NCBI GenBank assembly: GCA_009103225.1
Contig: RHPI01002533.1
Span: 647,368-711,367 of the forward strand
DNA: 64,000 bases
Direction of reading: 5' to 3'
Source: Chlorokybus atmophyticus
Lineage: Eukaryota; Plantae; Mesostigma and Chlorokybus algae
The translations under genes were made by a program, and so were the position numbers. Positions within the stretch are counted from its first letter, which is position 1. Every line of letters begins with the position of its first letter. The notes under the pieces were generated by a model, which saw only the letters and a list, made by a program, of their open reading frames with translations, did not search any database and was not told the DNA's origin. Positions 43,807 to 57,912 of the stretch are shown piece by piece.

Positions 43807-44665
43807 CTACCAATATAAACCACATACACCGACACTTGCACAAGCACCTAACACCATCACCATATAACCAACGCATGCGGGGTCGCCTCGACTCTCACAC
43901 CGTGCCTCTCAGCGTGACGTCCTCTATCGTCATAGGCTTGGAGTGCAGGGGATCCCCAGTCGGGCATCGCCTCTATCGGTGCCTCGTTGCAACATCGCCC
44001 GCGCATGCGCCCACTGCAACGTGCACAACACTTTCTGGCAAAATAGTGTCACGAAGCCGCTCAACCTCCGCACTGGTAGCCTCAGACTATAAATCGCATT
44101 GCGCGCGCAGGCTAAGAACCTCCCTATGTAAGTTGTGGCTCAAGGTACCATGTGTCTATGCTATCGATGGGAATAGGGTGTCGCCAAGTGTTCGTGGTAC
44201 AGTCTTCCCCCGTTAAGAGACTTCGGTTCAAGAGAATAACCCCGTTAACATCATTACTTATAAAGAGACCAATCGTTATACGGGCAAATACCGCTGCCCA
44301 GGAGAATATTCTCTTACGTGATAAGACTAGCTTTTTAGCCGTTAAAAGCCGGTGCTTATATTCTCTTATCGGGGTAGCAGCTGTCGCAAAGCGCACAAGC
44401 GCGCTTGTGCCTGGAAGCCGCCTCGCACTTGCAGAGCAGGCCCTGGAGGAGGCCCACGCGGCGGCGGCGGCGGCGGCGGCGGCGGGAGAAATAGGTGCAG
44501 AACGGTAGCGTTGCAAGCCCTGATGGGGGCGTAGTTAGATCAAGCTTGCGAGGCGCTTCTACTGAGGTGTGTGAGGTGTGCTCACATGTGCGTGTCGTTG
44601 TCGTATTGTGACTGTGCGCATATACTGAGGGTGTTCATGTTCATGTTCATGTCTGTTAGGGCATC

Positions 44666-46897
<2,232 letters not shown>

Positions 46898-47827
46898 CGC
46901 TAGCATGCATCACATGAACCAGTGATTGGTGATTGTAATGCATGTGTTTGTGTTGTTGATCTCACATCTGCATGGTGAATACTAGCACATAATGAGCAAG
47001 TGGTATGTGCGCACATTTATTAGCTTAGGCAAGCTAACAATATTAATATTAAATAAATATGCTCTCAACGGTAAGAGAGTATATATTCTCTTAAACACCG
47101 TGCGTATCGAGCTGACACTTCAGCACTTGATGATACAATTATGCTGTAATCAAATACGCAAAGCTTGATTAAGACACCTTATATGTGATCAGTCGACAAC
47201 GGATTATGTGGGCACAGACATTTGCGGGAGGACATTCAGCAGTTGCAGTGATTATGTACAAGACACATGGTGGTGGCGTATGGTGTGGAGCAACAATGGG
47301 TTAATGGTGAATATTCATTATAACACATGGTTTGCTAGGGTACAACATGTATGATGCAGGATTTGAGTGCTAGTTGCTCGTTCATCATGTGTTCGCCTGG
47401 CAATGCTCCCGGGCGTGCTTTTTGTGATTGCTTGGGACTTGATGCATGTGATTCAATATGTTTTAGTGCCATATTTCGCTCCACTCGCATGTTAACCTGT
47501 TTCATAGCATATGAAGCAAGCTCTATGCCGGACAATCTGCTTTCAACTCAAGTTTCACTGAGCAGGAGAGTGTACAGCTGTTGTGCAAAGCAATTGCACA
47601 ACTGAACCGCTAGCTTGAAACTATGACTTTGCAATCTGCGTAGCTTACAGCCTAGTAGGGTAGATATACATAGCTATACAGTTTCTGTACAGGTGCTACA
47701 ATACAGTGCAGCAGTAAGCAGCACTACTGGAGGTCAGATGCACGACCTTGACCGAGTTGCAGGTCGCGGATGACCAGACTCTGCGGAGACAAGTCTCAAT
47801 CGACTTCAGAGGCAATGGCAGGAGGCC

Positions 47828-50191
47828 TCATGCTTGTGCTGTAGCTGGTTCCATGCTCAACTCCTGTTTCACGCTGCCAGGCATTCGCTTTTTTGGTGGT
47901 CTTGCTGCAGCCTCTATCAATTTGGCTTCGCGATCTGCGGCATCTGCGTCGGCGTCTTGCTTGACAGTGCCAGGGCGTTTCTTTGGTGGTCGAGCAGAAG
48001 CCTCAGCCAACTTCGCATCTCGCGCGGTTTGCTCAGCATCTCTTGCTGCCCCCTCTTCTGCTGAACGCAGAGCAATGTCAGTTGCAAACTGGTCAACTAG
48101 AACTGCATTGGCGCAAAGAAGCAGCGTCACTACCACCTCACTGCAATAATTAGCCGCTTAATGTGTACAAGAGGACAAACAGACACCAGATTGCGTCCCA
48201 TGGCTGAACTGATCACGTTCACTGCAGGCTTGTGACACATGCATCACTCCATGTTTCTCACCTTCCTGGGCATGTGAGTACAAGCCACTTTTTGAGTCGC
48301 TGTCCTCTTCCGCACTGGGCTGACCTTGTGCATCAGCACTTTGCCCTCGTCCTCCCACACGACTCCGCCCACGGCCTGAGGAGCAACAAGAGACATGAGA
48401 CCTTATGACCACACATTCCTCATGGCTGCAGGAGCCACATCACAGGTCAGTTTCTAATGTAGACTATGACTGGCAGTGAGCATACCTGATCGTTGGCCCT
48501 TCACAGCAGCAGGAATAACCGCCACAGGATCCAGCTTACGCGACTTGCCCTGTGACGCGGAGCGTTTGGCCGTTGCATCGCGTTCATGTTTGCGGCGAAC
48601 TGGCTCGCCCGCCCCAAGCTTGTACAAAGTCTTATTCTGGAAGCAAGCACTGTTAGGAGTGCATGTGACAAGTTGTGAAACACCTGCTACAACATCTCAC
48701 CGCATGACTGACTTTGGTAAGCTTGCACTCGTCAGTCATCAACTTCAATCGCTGTGGAAGCTGCTTCCGTAGCTTTTGATCAACTTCATAGGTGTCCTGT
48801 GCACAGCAGATAGTTCAGGAAACATTCCCAAGCACGGAAGTCACCAGGCACGTACCTCAATGTACTTGACAATGCTAGTAACCGAAGAACCGTTCTTCTC
48901 TTGCAATGCAAGCACTGCTGCCAGCGTCATTTCTTCATACCTAAGAGCAGAGACCACATGAGATAGACAAAATTGAGTCAAAGCAACTATGCGCCACGCA
49001 TGACAACAATCTTCCGCCTACGTAGTTGCTGGCAACTTGGCTGGTCGTTCTGGCTCTACAGTGCGATGCTCTGCTTCTGTGGTTTCCGCCATAAGCTGCT
49101 CCGGCACGCAAGTCTGCTCAATCACCGCCATGTGACTTGCATGCTCTGGTTCCATGTGTTCTTGTTCCAGGTGCTCGACATGCTGGACACCTTCCATCGG
49201 CTCTGCTGGTTCGAGGTGCTCTACATGCTCATGCCCCATATGTTCAATGTGTCCCAGATGTTCTCCTTGAAGATGTTCTTCTTCCTCGTGCTGCAAGTGC
49301 TCATGTGCCAACTCCTGCTCATGCTCGTGTTCTGCTTGGTGTGCAGCCTCGAGATCATCCGTGCCTTCCGTAGGCACCGGCATAGCTTCACCATCATTGG
49401 CAACCCACACTGGGAAACACAGAGGCTTCGCATCAGCCCCAATGGCACTTGAGCAGAGGCACAACCCAAGTTGGATACCGCAATCACAACCGTCAACATT
49501 GGAGGCCGCATTGGCACCTGTTGGCTCAGCTGGATAAGCATCGGTCATGGGGTCTCCAAGTGATATGACGCCAGTGTGCGCAGTGACCCCAAGAGCAGCA
49601 GCATCCTAATTCAAAAACACAAAAGTGAGCAAGCTCGGCACAACGCATGTGCATGGTTAGAAGAGGGCAATGCCACATGCAAATGGTCACAACACGAAAC
49701 ACACCGGAACAGCAGCAGCTGCCGCCAGTTGTTTCTTCGCCTTTGGCATCTTGGGTTTCTTAATCTTCCCTGGCCCCTTGAGCTTAGGAGTGCCCTCAAT
49801 GCCCGCAGCAACGTTCATGTTGCGCCACTTGTCCTGCAGAGGAACTCCAGCAATGAGATGGACAACCTTCAACAAACAACAATTATAATCCTGCACAATC
49901 AACAAGACGCACCTTCAGGTCTACATTGGACCGCTCTGCCAAAGCGGGACCAAACTTGGGGTCCTTCTGTATAGCTCGCCATTTGCCAGGGCCATATTTT
50001 GCAACCCCCTGCAACAATGATGCTGTCAATTCCAGACTAACCCTAATGCATACTTAGCCTTGGCAGCAGTGAAAACGAACCTACATAGGTCAACCAATAG
50101 CAAATTGCAGCAAAGATTCACCGACCAAGGCTTTTACCTGACGGAGGGCAGACTCCTCCTCCGCAGTCCATTTGGACTTGGGGGCGCCCAT
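47828..50191 (-). CDS. TRB: Single-Myb-histone telomere repeat-binding factor (Myb telobox + H1/H5 globular + coiled coil)
   Basis: Spliced Myb MGAPKSKWTAEEESALRQ/GVAKYGPGKWRAIQKDPKFGPALAERSNVDLK/DKWRNM; GH1-like YEEMTLAAVLALQEKNGSSVTSIVKYIE/DTYEVDQKLRKQLPQRLKLMTDECKLTK/NKTLYKL; Ala/Glu helix AEEGAARDAEQTARDAKLAEA. Confidence 0.92.
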
Positions 50192-50398
50192 GCCTCGAGC
50201 CACTGCTCTCGCTGCCGGCCCGCCTGCGCGGGCAGTATCATAGACGTCCTCCAGTGGTCATGCACTTGCGGCAATTCCGACGAGGGGACAGGCCGAGCAG
50301 ACCACAAAGGGAGCCCACCCCCTGGCCGCCGCCCCTGCCGCCCCGATGTGCAGCGACACCCTGCAGGAGGACAATGCTGGCTATGGCGGAATCTGTGC

Positions 50399-50630
50399 TT
50401 AGGGTTTCATTAGGGTTTCCACAATTTCCGCCGTCAGATGGCGCATCCAATGGTCAGCACGCCCTCGCATTAGGGTTTCGCACAACCCGTACAAAACCCT
50501 AACCCTAATTAGGGTTGACACTGACCGCGAACCCTAATTTAACCCTAAATGAACCCTAAAAAAGCCCTAAAGCGAACCCTAATTAGGGTTCATTTAGGGT
50601 TCAAACAATAAGTGAACCCTAATTAGGGTT
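50399..50630. promoter_or_regulatory. Dense interstitial telomeric-motif (telo-box) array in the TRB/LNR divergent promoter
   Basis: 15 CCCTAA/TTAGGG hexamers in 232 bp; three AACCCTAATTAGGGTT palindromes (50501, 50575, 50615). Confidence 0.85.
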
Positions 50631-51000
50631 GCAACTCGCCAAAAGGTGAGGTGTACATAGCCGTTTGCCACGTTGGTATGTAAACCGAGTTAGCCCGTTT
50701 CCCAGTTACCAAAGTGGACACAGTTAAAAGCACCAGACGTTACACAGATGTCCCCCATGCTCGCTGGCTTCATGTGAGCCCTAGGATGTTACTGAGGACT
50801 ATCCAGTCAGTCAGTATCTTGCTTGTCGTTTGCGAACAATTTGATTCGGCTAACCAAGGTCGTTTTCTCTTAACCTGACCTAAGCAAGCCGGGGGGCCAC
50901 GTGCATACTTTGCCGATATTCGCCGCAGCACGACACTCATCAACGTCAGAGGGATATCGGTTCCCAATGCAAACTGGTTGTTAACAGCAGCAGCGGCAAC

Positions 51001-52421
51001 ATGAAGGTGGTGGAGGAGGAGGCGATGGCGATGACCCCCCCTCTCGCCGCATGTTGTTGCAGGGTGTTCTTATTGTCGCTGGTTGCGCGCGTCATTGTCG
51101 CGGCTGCGGGCAATAGCGGTAATGCTGCCTCCAGGTTTGAGCGTGGCCGTTGTCATGCACAGCATGACTTCAGGATGAGGCGTGCGTATTTTCACTTTAA
51201 TTAGGATCACATTGGCGTGCCGTTACTTGGCAATTGGTGAAACGTCTGTTGATGCAGCGCTGCTTGATCTCACTTTTCAAACGGTGACACAAGTACAGCA
51301 AGACAACAACATCCCTCAAGCATATCATGCTCCCCTGCAAATGTCGGTCGTCCAACATGTTGATAAGCAGAAGAGGAACAATGGAGATCAGATTGCACAT
51401 GATCTGCATTTTGTGCATGCACACAAGCAAACAATGGACACTCGGTGACAGGTCACTGGGACAAGGTATAAACACGCGCACATGCATGCGTGCACATCAA
51501 CACATGTACACGCAACACACCTACCCACGCCACTACACACACGCATACAGAGTAGTTGCTTTCAGTGTATCAAGCATACAACTGGCCCCTCGTAATCGCC
51601 AACCAGCACAGCTCCATCAATAAATCTGATGAGAATTGTTTACTGTTCGAGCAGCTGTGCCGGAAGGATACTGCGCTCCAGGTTGCCGCGAGGCCTTTGT
51701 TGGGGACCGCAACTGCGACCGCGAGTGTTACAACGAAGCCTGCCGCTGGGATGCAGACGACTGCAAAGACAAAGGTAGGTGGCTTCTTGTAAGGACACCC
51801 AACATGTGTGACTGCATGACAACGAGTATTTTGAAGCCAGTGTGTTTTCTCAACTGTGTCTTAGCTGAGTTGAGAAGGGTTGTTGTGATGGGCGAATTCT
51901 ACCGGCACGTCGACCACATAGAGTACCACGCTGTCGGACCCGATGGTGAGGCCAAGCCGATATCCATTGCTGCGGGACGGAAGTGGGAAGGCATTGACAC
52001 CACCGGAGAAGGGGAGGTGAGGGATAGTTTGGCATGTTGCTTGTTGTCACAAACACACGAACACATGCACACATGCACATTCGTGTGTGTGCACACGTCT
52101 GCCGACATGCACATTCACGCGTGTGTGTGTGCTATGCTCACATGCATGGACACATGCACAGGCAAACACAAGCATGCGCACACGCTCTCACACGCTCATG
52201 AGTGTGTGAGAGCACACGTACGCACATGCACACTCACATTAATACTTTTCGACATGCAGGCTCCAGACTGGCGCGAGCTGATTAACGCCCCGCCCATTGA
52301 TGAGCTTGAGGGCCCGCTGGAGGAGAAGGTCGACGATCCCGACAGGCATAGATATGAAGCCCCAGTGTCGATGGAGGAGCTTGAAGCGCCGGAGCAGGAT
52401 TTCCTAAATCTACATTTCTAA
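51001..52421 (+). CDS. Predicted secreted protein with one LNR (Lin-12/Notch) repeat
   Basis: Hydrophobic N-terminal segment (VFLLSLVARVIVAAA); exon CAPGCREAFVGDRNCDRECYNEACRWDADDC fits six-Cys LNR spacing; acidic C-terminus. Start codon and early exons uncertain. Confidence 0.65.
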
Positions 52422-52573
52422 GTTGGCAGAGCACAGGACATACACTCTTTCGACACAAGTGTTGGGCTTTTGAGAAACTTTTGCATGTACAGTAACACAG
52501 ACCAGGAAACACCGTTGAGACGAGCAAGAGTATTGTTCATTGTGTGCCTGTACAACTATGTCACTCTTGTCAT

Positions 52574-55500
52574 CTACTCTTGGTCTTCACACTCCCACCA
52601 CCCTGATCCCCCTCCTGTCTGCTCCTCGACAGCAGCACGAACCCCGCAGGCAACACCACCTCTTCTCCCTCCCCCCCCTCTTCTTCCCCAATCAACCCGT
52701 CTCTCCTCCCCCTCTCCTCCCTCTTCCCCAACTTCTTCCTCTCCCGCTTCTTGCGCCGCCTCGCGCGTGGAGGAGGAGGAGGGAGAGGCGGCCAGTGGGC
52801 GCGCAGAGACACGGGGCTGCTGGCGAGTAGAGAGAGTGGGGACAGCGGGTCGTCGTCCTCGTGCTCGGGGATGTCCTTTCTGTTGTTGTGGGAGTGGTAT
52901 GTGGCTGTGGATGTGGCGAGGTAGTCTTCTGGTTGTTGGTCTTCTTGCTCTTGATGAGGGTTGTAGCTGCTGCCGAGGCTGCTGGTGCTGGCGCTGCCGG
53001 GAACCGGGTGAACCTGTGCGGTAGTCTATGGAGGTCACTTAAGCGCATAACAACAACAACGCAAGTCATGTTTGTCTGCTTGGTGATGAGTGCTTGAGCT
53101 TTGGGTGAATGTAGTCCCACAAGCATAATGGCAGAGTGGAGTGTTACCTCATGGAAGTCTTCATCCCAGCGCTGGCCACGCTGCCCTCGCTGACCTCTGC
53201 GGTGTGCTCGTTGGTATTGTTCCCTCTGCACTTGCGCAGTGGGAGTGGGAGGAGGGGGAGGCTCCATGGCGCTCCTCCCCGCAGCCACGGTGTCCTTATA
53301 CGGCACGCCTGCCACCACACACCACCAAGGTAAGGCGCCACTCACTACCCGCACCCACCCACCCACCATCACACCCACCGACCACACCCACACGCACCCA
53401 CACATGCACGCACCGCAACCCACACGCATTACCATTGAAGCACACGACGTCCTCGAACTGCGCCTCGAGCATCCCAACCGCTTCCCCCGCGCGCCTCGAT
53501 ACCTCCTCCATTTCTGCCTCGATCTCCAGCTGCTCACGGGCCTCCTCCACCCGCTCCTCCTTGTCCCTGTCCTCACCTCTCTTGCGCGGGGTGTTGTGGT
53601 CGTCCTCGCTGTCGTCCTCGCTGGTGGCGGAGGTGAAGATGTTGGTGAGCTTGGAGCTGGGGCTGTGAGAAAAGGACTTGGCCTGCGCTTGTGCGTGTGC
53701 TTGGGCGTGCGCTTGTGCTTGGGCTTGCGCGTGGGCTTGGGCGCGTTCCTCTTCTCGTCGTTGCACGCGCATGAGGTGCTCCCTCCTCAGCTCCAACACC
53801 TGTGTCACGAGTGCGTGTCACACACAACCATGATGTTGAGAGACTGTATCTCCACATTCTACGCACATGTTCTCGTTGTAGAAATGCTTCGGCGGCGCGT
53901 TCCCAGGCTTCCAGGGCGGTCTCGAGCGCGTCCGCGCGGTCTTTGGCAGTGTACTTGAGCACCATGTCCATCCTCTGCACACAAGGTGATGATACATGAC
54001 AACATCAGCAAGAGCGCGAGACAGGCATGCTGTACGAGCGTGTGTGACAGCAACAACAGCAGACCTCCATCACGGGTGTGCGGAACACTGCCCACACGCG
54101 CTCCAGGCGCCGTTGCAACGCCTCTGCCTCCGTTGCGCTCGGCGGCAGCGCCGGCAACCGCACGGTCTGGACACTGCATCCCCCCCACACACTCATTAGA
54201 AGACACCCCACACACAGTATGTGCAAGTACCTAACACCATCACAACAACCCTGCTCATACCTTGCTGCCACTGAACCTCCTCCTCCTCCTCCTCCTCCTG
54301 AAGCCTTCTTCTCCTTACTCCTCTCCTCCCGTCTCTTCTCCGCAGCAGCTGCCTCAAACTTTCCAACCTTCTGAAACTTTCCTGCCTGGCTGTTGATCTT
54401 GTTGTTCTTGTTGTTCTTCTTCTTGTTATGCTGCTGCCGCTGCTGCTCGCCATCAGCAGCATGGTTACTCGAGGCCTCCTCACCAGAAGAGGCAAATGCA
54501 GATGAGGAGCTCTGCTGCTGAAGGAAGGCCAGGAAGCGTGCCACGCTACTCGTGGGAGCCAACTGCAGAACTGGCTTTTCCTCTTTCTTGATCACAGTTC
54601 TTGCCTCTTCATCTGACAGCGGGACTGCTGAGGCTCGAGAGTCTTCGCCTGACTCGAGTGATGGCGTGGAGGGGTGCTGAGTTATAGTTGGTGGCTCGGG
54701 AGCATTTTGTTGTTGTTGTGGCTGGAATGTTGGGGCTGTAGTGGTGTTGTCAAGGGACGTGTTAGTGGGTGTTGTTATGTTGGTCGCTGTTCGGGTGGGC
54801 TCTGCGGGTTGCTTGCGCGGTGGCGGTGGTGGCAGTTTGGGTGACATGTGAGGTGCGGCGATACGCTTGAACTCGCACACCGCCTGCATGCGTGTCGACG
54901 CGGGTTTAAACACGATTAACCAAGCAGTAATGGCGAAAAAACATAGTCCATATGTGGGTATGTAGTAGCACCACCTGCACACGTACCTTTTCCACGCGCT
55001 GCATGACAGTCTCGATGGCAGCCACAGTCGCCCGGTGGACCAACCGCTCCTCTGCACCAAGCCACACATCAGCGCGTTCAACAACAGCCAACACAACTGC
55101 ACAGTATAAAACTTACGATCCTTACCTGGTGCGAATGTCACGCTGGCCGCCGTGTTGCCCCGCGTCAGCCGCTGCGCCTGACCCCACTCGTCCATCCCCG
55201 ACCTCTTCATCACGCTGGACACCCTCGACACCCTATCCCCATCGCTAGCGGACTCCCTCTTCTGTCTCTCCTCACTCCCTACCCCACCCTGATCATCCTT
55301 CTGGTCCTGATGTTCCTGATGTTGTTGTTGCTGTAGCGGCTCGTCGTGCTGCTGCTGGTAGTGTTGCTGGAACCAGTCGAGCTCCTCTTCTGCGGCCCGC
55401 GGCGTGAGGTCCACGGTCTGCCCACGAAGGTAGCCCGCTCTCCTTTCTTCGACCTGCCGCCGATACTTTGACACCGCCAACTGCACATAGAGACAAAAGG

Positions 55501-57871
55501 TCAATGTTAACAAGAACACATGGAACCCCACTCCTCCTCCACCCGACTTACTTGTGCGGCGGCCGCTGCCTCGACCCGCCTCGCTTCCATCAGCCTGCGC
55601 GGGAGAGCCAGGCCACCCATTCCGGACGGTGTCGGCTGCTGCTGTTTCATGCTGCTGCTTGCGGTGAACACGCTGCGCTTGCGGCTGGGGGCGGGAGTGA
55701 AGGTGGAGGGGGAGGGGGAGCGGGTCGGGTACGGGTGTTGGTGGAGAGATAGGGCGGAGGGGGAGGGAACGCCGTCAACCAGAGACGTGATGAACTGCGA
55801 GGAGGGGGAAGTGGGTTGGTCGTGCGCGTGTGTGATCACTATTGTATCAATTGAGGTGGTGGTGGCTTACTTGCAGGAGTTGGGAGAGTCTCTCTTCTAG
55901 ACTGGCTTCGGGGGCTTTCTCGAACTGCAGGGGCTCTGGGGCGAGCAGACCTTCGGCAGCTAGTGCTGTTTTGTTAAGCAATAGCATGAAGAGTGAGTTA
56001 GGAGGCTCAGAATGGTATGTTAAGTCAGATACCAGATGGTTTGTGAGTGCTGATGCTCACCTTCTTCCTTGGCCTGGCGCTCAGCTTCTAACGTCTGCTG
56101 CACCAACTGGTTCGTGTACGTGCTGTAGAGTGTGGGAGACAAGGAGATGGATATCAAGAAGTGATGTGTTTGGTTTTCTCTCTTTTCGTCCTTCTGACTA
56201 CAATGCAATGTGTGCGCTCACTTGTTCCTCACCTGCGCTTGAGCTGCACTCTCAGCATGGACTCGGTCCGCAACGAGTTGATGTCGGGCCGAAACACCCC
56301 CCTCGCCATCAACCCTGAACATAACACTAGTTACCAAACACTTGCACAGCTGCCAAGCCATTGTACCCCTGAATACACTCGCGCGTGCACTCGCATGCTC
56401 TCTGTGTCTAATGCACGCATGTGCACGCACGCACGCACGCACATATGCATTCACTCACTCTCCATGCGGTGGTGGAAGCGCTGCTGGAGTGTCTTCTCAA
56501 TGAGGTCAATCTTTCGCAAGAGCGCCTTCTTGCTGCTGTCCTGCACAAGTAGCATGAATTGAACAATCAATACTCGAGACTGAAAGGATGATAACAAGGC
56601 TCACCAGCCAGTGGTGAGCATTGTGCTTTACTCTGCAACTTGACAAACTTGCCTGGCCCAGCATGTAGCGCACAGTCTCAGCCGCCGGTACGAATCCTGC
56701 CTAAGGTGATGGAAGGGAGACTATTAGATCAAGATGAAACCAAAAATCACGTCATCACCATGTCCATCATGGTCACACAGTGCGCATATATTAGAGCTGC
56801 GTACCGCATTGCTGTCACCTTGTGCGCTTTGCCTTGACTGCTGGGAGTGGCGAAGTAGGGGGTACATGAAGTAAGCAACACCACACCACAACAACACATG
56901 CACGCGAAGTGCAGCAAATCTTCTGTACTACTACTCTACTTCTATACTCCTTGCATGCATGAAGGGGATGAGTAACGTGCCTGGCAGCATTTACCTCGCG
57001 GGCATCTGCGGGCGGTGTTGAGGCATGCTCTGCATTCGTGACAATATAAAATTAGCCATTACACAAGCTGTTGGAAGGGAAGTACACATGTTTCTTACAA
57101 GCACGGTAATGACAAAACGGTTACGTGTACATCACGAGGCGCTAACCTTGAAATAAATCGAAGTCCCCGGACTCTGTGCGCCTAGGCTGCACGTTGATCA
57201 CAGAGATAAGGATGATGTTGTGTTGTTGTTGTGAGATAAGTAGTTAGGCTTGCGTCATAGCCATGTTGCAAAACCTACTTCGTAATCAAGCTGACTACCA
57301 TGAATGCGTGCGTGTGCATCATTGTTGTCCAAAATGCAACAGTCGTTTATATATGTATTGCGTGCGTGCTGACTCGTTTTTTAGCCTGTGCATCATTGTT
57401 GTCCAAAATGCAACAGTCGTTTATATATGTATTGCGTGCGTGCTGACTCGTTTTTTAGCGTGTGCATCATTGTTGTCCAAAATGCAACAGTCGTTTATAT
57501 ATGTATTGCGTGCGTGCTGACTCGTTTTTTAGCCTCCTACAGCACGCTTGGGTTGAGTAGATCAACCCAAGCGTGCTGTATATATGCTGTTCTGTGTCTA
57601 AAGTTGTGGTTCTGCGTTGTTTGAATCCTCAACTTGTACATCAACGACAGATCAACACACTGCACCAAGTGTTGAAGCAATGTATAATACGGCTGCAGCA
57701 CATGTTTCTTGCCTTTGAGATCGCTTCCAGCGCGTGCAGTCCCGGTGGCCTCCCCCTTGCGCCAGCGACTCCCGGCAGCAGCCCCGACGCCGCCGTAGGC
57801 GGCGCCGCCCTTTCCCAGCCCAGCGACGCCAGCAGAGCCCGACGCTCCGCCGGCGTTTCCTCCATTTCCAT
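52574..57871 (-). CDS. Large coiled-coil protein, CCDC87-like
   Basis: LQRRLERVWAVFRTPVME/RMDMVLKYTAKDRADALETALEAWERAAEAFLQRE resembles the recalled CCDC87 C-terminal motif (LERLW..DMAIKYS..AWERA); many coding exons. The 3' end is approximate. Confidence 0.55.
57313..57534. repeat. Three-copy 74-bp tandem minisatellite, intronic
   Basis: Units start at 57313, 57387, 57461 and are near-identical with no spacers. Confidence 0.95.
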
Positions 57872-57900
57872 CCTGGCCGCCGCCGCCGCCGCCGGCGATG

Positions 57901-57912
57901 TTAGGGTTAGGG
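57901..57912. promoter_or_regulatory. Tandem telomeric dimer TTAGGGTTAGGG upstream of CCDC87-like ATG
   Basis: 30 bp upstream of ATG 57871 on the minus strand; function inferred. Confidence 0.4.

Noticed and set aside
43836-44216. 126-aa ORF next to the pogo left end as cargo gene
   Set aside because: It lies outside the TIR, has no recognisable motif and shows no coding-like bias.
49921-49990. Apparent frameshift in the TRB Myb exon
   Set aside because: Recount of the reverse complement gives an intact frame (KDPKFGPALAERSNVDLK).
50399-50630. True chromosome end or telomere fusion site
   Set aside because: Motifs are interspersed, mixed in orientation and short, with intact genes on both sides.
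57313-57534. CRISPR-like array
   Set aside because: Units abut with no unique spacers, the context is eukaryotic and intronic, and there are no cas genes.
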